Source of the DNA: Candidatus Micrarchaeia archaeon
Lineage (GTDB): Archaea; Micrarchaeota; Micrarchaeia; Burarchaeales; JACRGF01
Direction of reading: 5' to 3'
Length of the DNA: 64,000 nt
NCBI GenBank assembly: GCA_038870455.1
Contig: JAWCPB010000002.1
Coordinates: forward strand, 2,247-66,246
A model generated the notes under the pieces. The model searched no databases, was not told the origin of the DNA, and worked only from the letters and a program-made list of their open reading frames with translations. Every line of letters begins with the position of its first letter. Within the stretch, counting starts at the first letter, position 1. Positions 45,443 to 55,542 of the stretch are shown piece after piece. The position numbers and the translations under genes are program-made.

Positions 45443-47065
45443 TCAGCCTTTCGCTTTTTTCATCGCTTCCTTCAAAAACGCGACGAACAGCGGCGCGGGC
45501 CTCTCGAGCCTGCTCTTGAACTCGGGGTGCGCCTGCGTGGCGACCCCCCACCCGCTCGGCCATTCAACGAGCTCGACTATGTCCGACTTGCCCTCGTGCG
45601 TTCCGCTCACCACGAGCCCGCTCTCCTCCAGCACCCTGACGTAGGCGGGGTTCACCTCGTAGCGATGGCGGTGCCTTTCGGTTATGAGTTCCTTGCCGTA
45701 TGCCGCGAACGCCCTCGTCCCCCTCTTGAGCCTGCACGGATAGCTGCCGAGGCGCATGGTCGCGCCCTTCTCCGTGATCCGCCTCTGCTCGGGCAGGAGA
45801 TCGATGACTGGATGCTTCGTGCTGGCATCGAACTCGGTCGAGTTCGCGCCCCGCAGGCCGGCCACGTTCCTCGCCCACTCGACCACGGCGAGCTGGAGCC
45901 CCAGGCACAGGCCGAGGAAGGGAAGCCCCTTTTCCCTGGCATAGCGGATGCACTCGATTTTCCCCTCAACGCCCCTCTCGCCGAACCCCCCCGGGACGAT
46001 AATCCCGTGCGCGTCGTCAAGCGCGTTCAGCCCAATCTTCTTTTCCTCAATGTCCGTGGTCTCCACCCACTTAATCCTCACTCCGCAGTCGAGGTGCGCG
46101 CCCGCATGCACGAGCGCTTCCTTGACGCTCACGTACGCGTCGCGCAGCGCGGTGTATTTCCCCGTGAGCGCGACGGTCACGCTCGCCTTCGGCCTGCTTA
46201 TCCTCTCGGTGAGAGCGCTCCATGCCTTGAGGTCGCTTTCCTTCAGCTTGAGCCCGAGCCTGTCCGCGATGAGCTTCGACACGCCCTGCTTTTCGAACAG
46301 CAGCGGCACCTCATAGACCCCCTCCACATCCGCGTCGTCTATGATCGCCTCGGGCGGCACCCCGCAGAAGAGGGATAATTTTTTCCTCGACTCCGCCGTG
46401 AGTGGCTGCACTTCCCTGCAGATTATCATCTGCGGGATGATCCCCATGCTGGCCAGCAGCTTGTTGGCGTGCTGCGTTGGCTTTGTCTTCTGCTCACCGA
46501 GCGCCTCTATGGTCGGGACGTAGGTGAGCTGGACGAACAGCACCTCCTCCTCGCCCGCGAGCTGCCTCATCGCCTCCAGGAAATAGCCGTTCTCGAGGTC
46601 GCCGACCGTGCCCCCCACCTCGACGAGCACCACGTCAGCGTCGAAAGCGTCGCCGACGTCCCTCACCCACTTTTTAATCTCGTTGGTGAGGTGTGGCACG
46701 AACTGCACGTCGTACCCGAGGTAGCCGCCTCTCCGCTCCTTCTCGATCACCAGCTTGAATATCTTTCCTCCCGTGAGGTTGTTGCTGTTGTTCAGGTCGA
46801 TGTTGAGGAACCTCTCGTAAGTCCCCAGGTCCATGTCGCACTCCGTGCCGTCATCGAGCACGAACACCTCGCCGTGCCTGTACGGGTTCATCGTGCCGCA
46901 ATCCACGTTCAGGTAGCCGTCGAACTTGACGGGCGCGACCCTGAGGCCCTTGCTCTGGAGGATGCGCCCGATGGAGGAGGTGACGATGCCTTTGCCGAGC
47001 CCGCTGAGCAGCGAGCCCACGACAACAATGTACTTGCGCTTTTTCGACCCCCCATCGGTCTGCAT
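45443..47065 (-). CDS. pyrG: CTP synthase
   Basis: 540 aa. YIVVVGSLLSGLGKGI N-terminal synthetase motif. C-terminal glutaminase domain GLCLGLQ...HPEF. Confidence 0.95.
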   Translation of the reverse strand: MQTDGGSKKRKYIVVVGSLLSGLGKGIVTSSIGRILQSKGLRVAPVKFDGYLNVDCGTMNPYRHGEVFVLDDGTECDMDLGTYERFLNIDLNNSNNLTGGKIFKLVIEKERRGGYLGYDVQFVPHLTNEIKKWVRDVGDAFDADVVLVEVGGTVGDLENGYFLEAMRQLAGEEEVLFVQLTYVPTIEALGEQKTKPTQHANKLLASMGIIPQMIICREVQPLTAESRKKLSLFCGVPPEAIIDDADVEGVYEVPLLFEKQGVSKLIADRLGLKLKESDLKAWSALTERISRPKASVTVALTGKYTALRDAYVSVKEALVHAGAHLDCGVRIKWVETTDIEEKKIGLNALDDAHGIIVPGGFGERGVEGKIECIRYAREKGLPFLGLCLGLQLAVVEWARNVAGLRGANSTEFDASTKHPVIDLLPEQRRITEKGATMRLGSYPCRLKRGTRAFAAYGKELITERHRHRYEVNPAYVRVLEESGLVVSGTHEGKSDIVELVEWPSGWGVATQAHPEFKSRLERPAPLFVAFLKEAMKKAKG

Positions 47066-47119
47066 AGGGGTTTTTATTACAAAGTCCTTAATAAGCTTGT
47101 TCGTTCACGTCGTGGTGCG

Positions 47120-47833
47120 ATGGCCGAGGTCTGTCTCTTCGTGTGCCAGAAGAAGAAAAATCCCGCGCTCAGGCTCAAGAAGTTTCCGTTCATCAAGCTC
47201 AGCCGCTCGACGCTCGTCTTCCCGGCGGAGGCGAGGAGCGAGCTCGCCGCGCTCTCCTCGCAGGGCTCCTGGGTGCTCGAGGGGAGCTTTCCGGACGAGA
47301 AGCTGGAGGAGGCGAACGCGCGGTGGCTGGCCGAGAAGTGCATCACCCTCGAGCTCGAGGGCGAGAGGTTCGTCTCCCCGCTGCTTAAGGAGCTCGCCAC
47401 GCTCGAGGCCTGGCGCGCGCACGGTGTTGCCGAGGGCGAGGAGCGCGAGTACGCGGCCCGCAGAGCCGGTTTCCTCAGCGAGTGGTCTTCCCTCTCAAAG
47501 AGGCTTTTTTCAACAAAATCAGTCGAGCAGCTCTCCTCTCGTGTGAGCTCACTGGCCGAGTTCAGGCCCTCGCCCTCTCCTTTCGCCGGAAAGCGCGACA
47601 ACCTCACCCACACGATCAGCGAGAGGTTCGAGCGCTTTCGCGAGGAGGCGCTCGCCCTCCTGCGCAGGCCACGCGAGCTGGCTGAAGTCGCTTCGCTGGC
47701 GGGGATGAGCAAGAGCAGCGTCAGGCGGTGGCTCAAGCGCATGGAGAGGGCGGGCCTCATCGCGCGGACGAGGAGGCGCCACGGCGTCGGCCGCCCGCGC
47801 GACGTCTATTACCGCTCGATGCACATTGTTTAA
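47120..47833 (+). CDS. Hypothetical protein with C-terminal winged-HTH (putative transcriptional regulator)
   Basis: About 237 aa from the internal ATG. C-terminal LAEVASLAGMSKSSVRRWLKRMERAGLIARTRR. The upstream part of the ORF-track entry 46469.. is antisense to pyrG and is rejected. Confidence 0.4.
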   Translation: MAEVCLFVCQKKKNPALRLKKFPFIKLSRSTLVFPAEARSELAALSSQGSWVLEGSFPDEKLEEANARWLAEKCITLELEGERFVSPLLKELATLEAWRAHGVAEGEEREYAARRAGFLSEWSSLSKRLFSTKSVEQLSSRVSSLAEFRPSPSPFAGKRDNLTHTISERFERFREEALALLRRPRELAEVASLAGMSKSSVRRWLKRMERAGLIARTRRRHGVGRPRDVYYRSMHIV

Positions 47834-47859
47834 AAATCATTGGCCACTAATCTGCTTCG

Positions 47860-48060
47860 ATGGGCGAGACCACCAAAATGCTCGTGAACGCCGCACGCGT
47901 GCTCGTCGCGATAGGCGCGGGCATCCTGCTGGCCTGGTCGTGGCAGGAGTACCGCCCCATGGACAGGGAGAACTGGGGCATGCTCTTTGTGGTCTGGCTC
48001 GTGGCAACCATCGTGGTCTATCTGCTTCTGCACAAGCTGGCGAAAACCGGCCCTGACTAG
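47860..48060 (+). CDS. Small two-TM membrane protein
   Basis: 66 aa with two hydrophobic helices. Confidence 0.3.
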   Translation: MGETTKMLVNAARVLVAIGAGILLAWSWQEYRPMDRENWGMLFVVWLVATIVVYLLLHKLAKTGPD

Positions 48061-48584
48061 ACCTCCTCGCATTCGGCGAGCCAGCCCAGCGCCTTCGCCC
48101 TCATCGCCGCATTCACTTCAACGAGCACCACGCCCTCGTTGGGCTGGCCGTAAATCACAATGGTCTCATCGGGCGCGCGCGCGAGCGCGACGAGCGCGGC
48201 CAAGTCCTCCTCCCCCTTCACGAAAATATTCCCCCTCCTATCTTTGAGCGCGGAAAGCAGCGCCCTCTCCATCTCCCCGCTTATCGTGCCCGCCTCGTTC
48301 CTCACCCGCTTTGCCTTCCTCACGTGCCTCTCGATTTCCCCCCTCACCTCCTCGCTGACCGGCACGCGCAGGTTCTTGTAGTCGTAGACAAAAACGTCAG
48401 GCCGCAGGCCGTTCTTGAACAGCATGTAGCCCACGGTGTCCCCAACGGCGACAACCAGTTTGGGCTTTCTCGCCCTGAGCCTCTCCAGTGCTGCCCTTTC
48501 TGTCAGCAGCTCGCCCACTGGTTTGTGCAGCAGCTCCCTAAGGCTCTCGGGAAGCTTCTTTGCCTTCACGCGTGCCTTTCTCAA
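48057..48584 (-). CDS. DUF359 (COG1909) family protein, candidate archaeal GTP-dependent dephospho-CoA kinase
   Basis: 175 aa. LVVAVGDTVGYML...VFVYDYKNLR resembles the DUF359 core. Function inferred from the family only. Confidence 0.45.
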   Translation of the reverse strand: MRKARVKAKKLPESLRELLHKPVGELLTERAALERLRARKPKLVVAVGDTVGYMLFKNGLRPDVFVYDYKNLRVPVSEEVRGEIERHVRKAKRVRNEAGTISGEMERALLSALKDRRGNIFVKGEEDLAALVALARAPDETIVIYGQPNEGVVLVEVNAAMRAKALGWLAECEEV

Positions 48585-48605
48585 CCCGATTAAATAGCTT
48601 TTGTC

Positions 48606-50117
48606 TTACAGGAAATCGGAGAGCTTTGCCTGTCCCCTCTTCACCGGCCTTGCTTCCCTCGCCGCGCCCGCCTGCAGCCTCCTCATTATTCTCCTCATTT
48701 TTCTTTCCTTGCTTCGCGCGCTCCACCAGAACGCCTCGTCCCTCGTCCCCTTGGTCAGCAGCACGATCACCTCGCCCGCCTTCGCCCTGCCGGCTCTTCC
48801 CCTCCTCTGAATGCTTCTTATCTCGCTGGGGATGGGTTCGTAGAACACGACCGCATCGACGCTCGGGATGTCCAGCCCCTCCTCTCCGATCGAGCTCGCC
48901 ACCAGCACACTGTGCTCGCCCGCCCTGAACCGCTCGATGGTTTCCCGCTGCTCTTTTTCGCCGACCCCCTCGCGCTTTCCCACAAAAGGCGCGGCATTCA
49001 CCCCAACCCCGCGCAGTTCCTCGACTATCCTCTTCACCTGGTCTCTGTACTGCGTGAACACGATGAGCGTCTTTCCCTGCCCGGCCCTGTCTGCAACAAT
49101 TTCCTTGAGCCTGGCCATCTTCGGGTGCTCGCCGAGCTCTCCGGCCCTCTCGACCGCCCTCCTCACCCTGGCGTCGGCGAGCAGCCTGGCCACGGCCTTG
49201 CTCTTGCTCTCCCGCTCGGCCATTTTCCTGAAGAATTCCTTGAACGCGAAAGGGCTCTGCGTCTCGAGCAGCTCGAGCGCGAGCACGAGGTTGAACAGCA
49301 TCGCCACCGCAGACAGCGCCTGGAACCTCCGCCCGCTGTCGTCCTTAAGTATTTTTTCCCGCAGCTCGAGCAGCTCTTTTTTCGAAGGGCATTTTTTCCT
49401 CGCGTGCCAGTAGCCGAGCCTCTTGAGCTTGGCCACGCCTTCAGCGACAACCCCCTCGAGATCCTCCCTCGCGGCCTCGAACGCTTTGGGCAGCTCCACC
49501 TCGACCACGCTCACCTCAAGCGGCTTCACGTAAGGCGCGACATCAGCGTCCGCCTCCGTTCTTATTTCAAAGTGCTCCGCCCCGAGCGCGGCCGCCACCT
49601 CCCTTATCTTCTCCTCCCGTCCGCCTGGCGATGCCGTGAGCCCGAGCGCGCGCACTCCCGCTCTCCTGCACTCCTGGGCCAGCGTGGTGTATGCATAGTC
49701 GCCCACCGTCCTGTGCGCCTCATCAAACACCACGATGGCAAAATCCTCCACCCTCATCCTGCCCGCCCGTAGGTCGTTGTGGGCCGTCTGCGGAGTCGCG
49801 GCGATGACCCTCCCGCTCTCCCAGCTTCTCTTCTCAGCCCCTTTTTCCCCAGTCAGCAGCACAACCTCGTCCTGCCCGAGCGTGGTCAGCTCCAGCATTG
49901 TCCTCGCATGCTGCTCGGCCAGCGGCCGCGTGGGCGCAAGGATGAGCGCCCGCCCTCTCTCCCCCAAAACCTTTTCCATAACCAGAATGGCTATCAGCGT
50001 CTTTCCCAATCCGGTGGGCAGCACGACGAGCGAGCTTCCCCTCTCAGCCACTTTTCCCGCAATCGCCCGCTGGTACTCCCTGGGCTCGATTTTGTCTCTT
50101 CTCAAGAGCCACGCCAC
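48606..50117 (-). CDS. Superfamily-2 helicase of the Hef/FANCM/RIG-I-like type (helicase core only, basic C-terminal tail)
   Basis: 503 aa. [11 protein letters not shown]...VLPTGLGKT (motif I), DEAH, SAT-like and HRxGRxxR motifs. Confidence 0.75.
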   Translation of the reverse strand: MAWLLRRDKIEPREYQRAIAGKVAERGSSLVVLPTGLGKTLIAILVMEKVLGERGRALILAPTRPLAEQHARTMLELTTLGQDEVVLLTGEKGAEKRSWESGRVIAATPQTAHNDLRAGRMRVEDFAIVVFDEAHRTVGDYAYTTLAQECRRAGVRALGLTASPGGREEKIREVAAALGAEHFEIRTEADADVAPYVKPLEVSVVEVELPKAFEAAREDLEGVVAEGVAKLKRLGYWHARKKCPSKKELLELREKILKDDSGRRFQALSAVAMLFNLVLALELLETQSPFAFKEFFRKMAERESKSKAVARLLADARVRRAVERAGELGEHPKMARLKEIVADRAGQGKTLIVFTQYRDQVKRIVEELRGVGVNAAPFVGKREGVGEKEQRETIERFRAGEHSVLVASSIGEEGLDIPSVDAVVFYEPIPSEIRSIQRRGRAGRAKAGEVIVLLTKGTRDEAFWWSARSKERKMRRIMRRLQAGAAREARPVKRGQAKLSDFL

Positions 50118-50223
50118 GCTCTTCTTTTCCCTTCCTCCCCTATTTATTCCCAGCCCCTCGGGTGCAGCAAGCTATTTAAATGTGCGGAACCCAAGGAGAG
50201 AACCTTTTTCGTGGGTGGTGTGT

Positions 50224-50421
50224 ATGCCTGAACTCCCCTTAGCTCCCGTAGAACGCCTGATCAGGAAGGCCGGCGCCGACAGGGTTTCCGAGGATGCCGC
50301 GGCCGCACTCGCCAGCATTCTCGAGGACTATGCCGCGGTCATCAGCGCGCGCGCCGTAAAGCTCTGCAAGCACGCAGGCCGCAAGACAGTCACGGCGGAC
50401 GACATCAAGCTCGCCAAGTGA
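50224..50421 (+). CDS. Archaeal histone (histone-fold, HMf family)
   Basis: 65 aa. [69 protein letters not shown]-like ctatttaaatg at 50172-50182. Confidence 0.85.
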   Translation: MPELPLAPVERLIRKAGADRVSEDAAAALASILEDYAAVISARAVKLCKHAGRKTVTADDIKLAK

Positions 50422-50422
50422 G

Positions 50423-51808
50423 TCAAAAGAAAAGGTCCCTCTCGCCCGCCTCAATGCGCTTGAGCCTTTTCAAAAACTCTTCCCGCTTCGTCTCTTCCAC
50501 CTCTGAGGTCATCCTCCTGATGAGTTCCTCGCCCTCTTCCTTCAGCTCTGGCGTGGCGTAGTCCATCAGGAATTCTTTGAAAGTCAGCAGCGCGTTGGGC
50601 GTGCACAGCCTGTTTATCTGGCCTGTCTTGGCGAGTTTCATGAAAGCCTGTCCTGTTCTCTTGCTCCTGTAGCACGCCGTGCAGAAGGAGGGCAGAAAGC
50701 CCTTGGCGCACACATCGGCCAGCACCTCGTGCAGGCTGCGGTGGTCGCTCAATGCAAACTGCTCGCCCACCATGCTCTTCTTACTGTAGCCGCCTGGCGA
50801 TGTCCTCGAGCCGGCGCTCGCCTGGCTTATGCCAATCGCAAAAGCCTTCTCCCTGACCTCAGGCCTCTCTCTCGTGGAGATGATCATGCCGGTGTAGGGC
50901 ACGGCGATGCGGTACACAGCGATGATCTTCAGGAAATCTCTGTCGCTCACCGGAAAAGGCGGTTCGAAAGAGATTCCTGCGGCCGGCCTTATCCTCGGCA
51001 CGCTTATGGTGTGCGGCCCCACACCGTACTTCTCATCCATCCACTGCGCGTGCGCGATGAGCGCGAGCACATCAAACTTGTAGTCGTACAGCCCGAGCAG
51101 CACGCCCACACCATAGTCGTCTATGCCGGCCTCGAACGCCCTGCAGTGTGCGGTGAGCTGCCTCTCATAGTCCCTCTTCAATCCCTTGTGCACTCTCTCA
51201 TAAGTCGGCCGGTGGTATGTCTCCTGAAAGAGCTGGTATGTGCCAATGCCGGCCGCCTTCAGCTTTCTGTAATTCTCTGTTGTCGTGGCCGCGATGTTCA
51301 CGTTCACCCTGCGTATCTCCCCCTTCCTTTCCTTCGTTGCATAAACCGTTCGAATCGCATCCACGATGTAGTCGATAGGTGCTTTCTCGGCGTCCTCGCC
51401 AGACTCGAGCAGGAGCCTTTTGTGCCCCATGCGGATGAGCGCGCGCGTTTCCTCGGCGATTTCCTCTAGCGACAGCCGCTTTCTCTCAATGCTGGTGTTC
51501 AACGCGCTGAATCCGCAGTACGCGCACGCGTTCTTGCAGTAGTTGCTGAGATAGAGCGGAGCAAACCACACCAGCCTGTTGCCATAAATCCCGCGCTTTA
51601 TTTTTGAGGACAACGCGAACATCTTGGCAAGCCCGGCCTCGCTCTCTACATTGAGCAGCCTGGCCACCTCATACAGCTCCAGGCCATTTTTCTCAGCCCC
51701 TTTTGCCAGTATTTCCTGCAGCTCGCGCTCGCTGGGCTCGCCCGCAGCCTCCTCCAGTATTCCGGTTATTCTCTGCTCGCTCACAGCCTCAAACAAATTC
51801 ATGGCCAT
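50423..51808 (-). CDS. Radical SAM enzyme of the HydG/ThiH type (CX3CX2C plus C-terminal CX2CX22C)
   Basis: About 460 aa from MAMNLFEAV (ATG at 51808). CKNACAYCG radical-SAM motif. C-terminal FCTACYRSKRTGQAFMKLAKTGQINRLC matches the CX2CX22C auxiliary-cluster motif of HydG. Confidence 0.7.
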   Translation of the reverse strand: MAMNLFEAVSEQRITGILEEAAGEPSERELQEILAKGAEKNGLELYEVARLLNVESEAGLAKMFALSSKIKRGIYGNRLVWFAPLYLSNYCKNACAYCGFSALNTSIERKRLSLEEIAEETRALIRMGHKRLLLESGEDAEKAPIDYIVDAIRTVYATKERKGEIRRVNVNIAATTTENYRKLKAAGIGTYQLFQETYHRPTYERVHKGLKRDYERQLTAHCRAFEAGIDDYGVGVLLGLYDYKFDVLALIAHAQWMDEKYGVGPHTISVPRIRPAAGISFEPPFPVSDRDFLKIIAVYRIAVPYTGMIISTRERPEVREKAFAIGISQASAGSRTSPGGYSKKSMVGEQFALSDHRSLHEVLADVCAKGFLPSFCTACYRSKRTGQAFMKLAKTGQINRLCTPNALLTFKEFLMDYATPELKEEGEELIRRMTSEVEETKREEFLKRLKRIEAGERDLFF

Positions 51809-52866
51809 CACGCGCACACTGGCGCGGCGAACTTCGGCATCAGGTCTTTGGCGTATCCCCGGCACACCCTGCGCCCGATCCGCTCAACAAAAGCGAGCGC
51901 CTCGCCCGTCAACCTTTCGATATCTTCCTGCGCCCCAAACCTGTTGGGGTAAATCGCGTAGTCCGCGCTGTATTCCCTCGGGGTTATGTTTATCATCAGA
52001 GAGTTCGCCCCAGCGAACAGCGCCTTTCTCCTCGCGCCCGCATCCAGCGTCTCGAACGCGGTGGTCACGGGAATCCTCACCCTCTTGTAGAGCAGCCTTG
52101 CCACGGCAATCGTCCTCAGTGCCAGCCCAACATCCCCGCCCCGCTCGCCGGCCAGCGGGGTTGGCGGCGATGGCACGAAAGGCCCCACGCTCACCATGTT
52201 TGCCCCGAATTCGCCGAGCGCCAGCACATCGCGCGCCAGCCCGCCAATGCTCTGGCCGGGCAGCCCGATCATGAATCCCGTCGCAATCAGGTAGCGCAGT
52301 CGCCTCATGAACTTCAGATGCTCAATCCTCCTATCAAAGCTCGTTCCCGGCCTCATCTTTTCGAAAAGCGCGCGCGCCGTTGTCTCGAACCTGTACAGCA
52401 CGCCGGCAGCGCCCGCCCGCTTGAGCTCGGCGTACTCGCTCTCGCTCCTGTCCCCGATGCTGTAGAAAAGGATGACGTTGCAGCGTTTTTTTATCCCATG
52501 CGCGATGTCGCACAGCGTGCCGATGTCATAGCTCGGGTCCTCGCCCGACTGCAGCACGACCATCTTGTACCCGAGTTCCTTGACGGCCCAAACGACGTGC
52601 TCAATGATGTCCTCGGCTTTCATGCGATACCTTCTCACGCGCGACTCCCTCCTTATGCCGCAGTAGAGGCAGTTGTTCCTGCACCAGTTGCTGAACTCGA
52701 GCACTCCATGCACGCACGTGGCCTTACCGACGAACTTTTCTCTCGCCGCGTCAGCGCGCGCGAACAGCTCGCCAGCCTCGCGCTCGTCGGCAGCGAGCAG
52801 CCTTGCCACAGCCTCCGGGCTCCGTTCCCCGCGCTCGAGCGACTCGAGGGCTTCGAGAAAACGCAT
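51808..52866 (-). CDS. Radical SAM enzyme of the HydE/BioB/PylB type
   Basis: 352 aa. CRNNCLYCG. TIM-barrel radical-SAM core with GxIxGxxE-like motifs. Stop overlaps the downstream HydG-like start by 1 nt. Confidence 0.7.
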   Translation of the reverse strand: MRFLEALESLERGERSPEAVARLLAADEREAGELFARADAAREKFVGKATCVHGVLEFSNWCRNNCLYCGIRRESRVRRYRMKAEDIIEHVVWAVKELGYKMVVLQSGEDPSYDIGTLCDIAHGIKKRCNVILFYSIGDRSESEYAELKRAGAAGVLYRFETTARALFEKMRPGTSFDRRIEHLKFMRRLRYLIATGFMIGLPGQSIGGLARDVLALGEFGANMVSVGPFVPSPPTPLAGERGGDVGLALRTIAVARLLYKRVRIPVTTAFETLDAGARRKALFAGANSLMINITPREYSADYAIYPNRFGAQEDIERLTGEALAFVERIGRRVCRGYAKDLMPKFAAPVCA

Positions 52867-53432
52867 GCAGCTACAATGGCACAGCGCCTATAAAACTCTT
52901 TCTCGCCCAGTTCATTTTTGCCGGCTTTTCTCCAGCAGAATCCGAAACGATTTCCATGCCTTTGCGTGCGGGCAGGAGAACAGCACGACCTCATCCTCGC
53001 GCTCGACCCGCATCAGCCTTTTCACCGCATTCACCTCCTTTTCGGAAAACCCGTAGCGGGGCGCGTTTTTGAGAAGCATGAAGCTCGTCATCCCGGTTTT
53101 TTCGCGCACGACTTCCAGCAACGCCTTCCAAGATTCTTCGTCCAACCTTCTGGCTCCCGCAAGCACCCAGCGTAAGCCACCCATTATTGCCCTTGATGAT
53201 TCTGCACCTTGTTCCGTTGAACTCGAGCTTTTCGAGCCCGCGCACCGTAACCCCGCGCACGAGCGAACACGTTTTGTACGCCGCCGGCCTGCTTCTCCTC
53301 TCGTGCTCCCTCATGAACGTCCTTTGCTGCTCGAGCCACCGTTCCCCCACCGCGCGGGCGTCCACGCAGTGTTTTGGTCTCAGCCAAAGCGTTTTCACAA
53401 TCGTTTTTTGTCCCCGTTTATTAAATCATGCC

Positions 53433-54053
53433 TTACTCGGCGTTCTTCACCACAAACCAGATGCGCTGGAGCACGGTGATGCACGCCAGCAGCGATGCGG
53501 CAGCCAACGCATACGTGAGATAGATCGGCTGCACGAACCATGCAGCCATTCCAGCAAAAACCAGAATCAGCCTCTCGGGCCTCTCGAGCACGCCACCCAT
53601 CCTCCCCAGCTTTTTCTCATCCGTGACCGCCCTTCGGTGGTGCGCGTAAGCCCGCACATAGCTCGTCATGGCAGTTCCAGCAAAAAGGAGGATGGCAATC
53701 CATGCATGCGCCGGCAGCATCCAATCGGCCACGAGGTTGGAGAACATCAATCCAAAAAGCAAGAGGGCCTCAACCACCCTGTCCATGAGCCCATCCAGAA
53801 ATGCGCCCAGCCTTGTGACCGCACCGCTCATGCGCGCCACCCCGCCGTCAATCGCATCGATGACTGCAGAAAGAGCAAACAGCACGATGCCTGCGGCCAG
53901 CTGGCCATAGACCAGCGCAATAAAGCCCGCCAGCGCAGGCACCACACTCAGCAGCGTCCACTGGTTTGGCGTGAGCGGCCAGCCCGCAAAGAATATGCCC
54001 AGCCTGTTTGAAATGCGTTCAACGAAGTCAGGCAGTTCTGTTTTCACACCCAC
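53433..54053 (-). CDS. CDP-alcohol phosphatidyltransferase (archaetidylinositol-phosphate synthase-like)
   Basis: 206 aa. DAIDGGVARMSGAVTRLGAFLDGLMDRV matches DGx2ARx8Gx3Dx3D. Adjacent to the IPS gene. Confidence 0.75.
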   Translation of the reverse strand: MGVKTELPDFVERISNRLGIFFAGWPLTPNQWTLLSVVPALAGFIALVYGQLAAGIVLFALSAVIDAIDGGVARMSGAVTRLGAFLDGLMDRVVEALLLFGLMFSNLVADWMLPAHAWIAILLFAGTAMTSYVRAYAHHRRAVTDEKKLGRMGGVLERPERLILVFAGMAAWFVQPIYLTYALAAASLLACITVLQRIWFVVKNAE

Positions 54054-54062
54054 ACAATCGCC

Positions 54063-55157
54063 TCATCGCTCGCGCAGGCCGGCGATGAACTCCTCAAGCC
54101 TCTCCCTCGCCTCTGTGTCAGTGAATTGCTGCGGGGGATGTTTCATGAAGTAAGAAGAGGCCGAAATGAGAGCGCCGCCTATTCCCCTCTCAAGCGCCAG
54201 CTTTGCGCACCTTATCGCATCAACAACGATTCCCGCGCTGTTCGGCGAATCCTCCACGTCGAGCCTGCACTCGAGGCTGATGGGCACGTCTCCAAACTTT
54301 CTTCCCTCAATGCGAATAAAAGCCAATTTCTTGTCCTTGAGCCAAGGCACGTAATCGCTGGGGCCGATGTGAATGTCCTCGGAGTCAAGAGGCACTGGAA
54401 ACTGGCTCTGCACCGCGCTTGTCTTGCTTATCTTCTTGCTCTTCAGCCTCTGCCTCTCTAGCATGTTGAGGAAGTCGGTGTTGCCCCCCACATTCAGCTG
54501 GTAGGTGCGTTCAACTTTCACGCCCCTCTCAAGGAAGAGGCGAGCGAGCGTGCGATGCAGGATTGTCGCACCCACCTGGCTCTTAATGTCGTCGCCAACA
54601 ACCGGCAGCCCTTTTTCCTCAAACCTCTTCGCCCACGCCTCATCGCTTGCTATAAACACGGGCATGCAGTTGATGAACGCGCACCCTGCATCCAGTGCGG
54701 CCCGCGCATAGTACCGCACGGCCTCCTCACTGCCCACAGGCAGGTAATTGATGAGCATGTCGGCTTCAGCCTCGCGCAGCGCCTCGGCCACATCAACGGG
54801 CTTCTGGGCCGGGTCGACCAAGAAGCTGCCTCTCGTTGTTTCCGCAACGCCATCCAGCACGGGCCCCTTCTGCACAATCACGCCAGTCTTTGGGATGTTT
54901 TTGCAGAAGATCTGCGTGCAGTTCGGGGGAGAAAAAATCGCCTCACTCACGTCCCTGCCGACCTTCCGCTTGTCCACATCGAAAGCCGCCACAACCCGTA
55001 TGTCGCCTATGCGGTACCCCCCGAGCACATTGTGCATGAGGCCCGGCACGCTCTCGTCGTTGCTGCTCACGTGCCTGTAATAGGTCAGCCCCTGCACGAG
55101 CGAGCTCGCGCAGTTCCCCAGACCCGCAATGGCTATCCTGATATTCCTCCTTGTCAT
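54063..55157 (-). CDS. myo-Inositol-1-phosphate synthase (archaeal type)
   Basis: 364 aa. [21 protein letters not shown]-binding start. Conserved NGSPQNTFVPG-like core region. Confidence 0.8.
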   Translation of the reverse strand: MTRRNIRIAIAGLGNCASSLVQGLTYYRHVSSNDESVPGLMHNVLGGYRIGDIRVVAAFDVDKRKVGRDVSEAIFSPPNCTQIFCKNIPKTGVIVQKGPVLDGVAETTRGSFLVDPAQKPVDVAEALREAEADMLINYLPVGSEEAVRYYARAALDAGCAFINCMPVFIASDEAWAKRFEEKGLPVVGDDIKSQVGATILHRTLARLFLERGVKVERTYQLNVGGNTDFLNMLERQRLKSKKISKTSAVQSQFPVPLDSEDIHIGPSDYVPWLKDKKLAFIRIEGRKFGDVPISLECRLDVEDSPNSAGIVVDAIRCAKLALERGIGGALISASSYFMKHPPQQFTDTEARERLEEFIAGLRER

Positions 55158-55208
55158 ATTTAATCCCTGTTAAACATTATTTAATAAGAATTAAATAAAA
55201 AGCTTTGC

Positions 55209-55520
55209 ATGGCAGACAAAACGCTCCCTGAGAAAAGGCTGGCGCGCGCCCTGACCACGGAGAACCTTTGGCTTTACGTGCTCTCCCTCCTGCGAAGGCG
55301 GGAGAGGTACGCCTATACCCTGAGGGACGACATCGAAAGCGAGTTCGGCTGGAAGCCGGGCCTCATTCTGAGCTATGTTGTTCTCTACAAGCTGCAGGCA
55401 GAGGGGCTCATCGCGGGCAGGCAGAGGGGCAGGAGGAAGTATTACATGATTACGGAAAAGGGACGGGCTGCACTCTCGCGCGCAAAGCGCGCGCTCTCAT
55501 CACTTTCAAAAGGCTTATAA
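55209..55520 (+). CDS. PadR-family transcriptional regulator
   Basis: 103 aa. LYVLSLLRRRERYAYTLRDDI...ILSYVVLYKLQAEGLIAG winged-helix pattern. AT-rich promoter island at 55150-55205. Confidence 0.7.
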   Translation: MADKTLPEKRLARALTTENLWLYVLSLLRRRERYAYTLRDDIESEFGWKPGLILSYVVLYKLQAEGLIAGRQRGRRKYYMITEKGRAALSRAKRALSSLSKGL

Positions 55521-55542
55521 TTCATTCCGCCGAAAGCGCTTC

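Noticed and set aside
44211-45644. 477-aa plus-strand ORF spanning the prs end, SIS, GDT1 and pyrG
   Set aside because: Arg-rich frame overlapping four supported genes.
46469-47119. N-terminal two-thirds of the 454-aa plus ORF (antisense to pyrG)
   Set aside because: Only the part downstream of ATG 47120 is non-overlapping and carries a wHTH. The upstream part is antisense to CTP synthase.
48912-49772. 286-aa plus-strand ORF across the helicase
   Set aside because: Antisense to the SF2 helicase.
53187-54011. 274-aa plus-strand ORF across the CDP-alcohol phosphatidyltransferase
   Set aside because: Antisense to a gene with the family signature motif.
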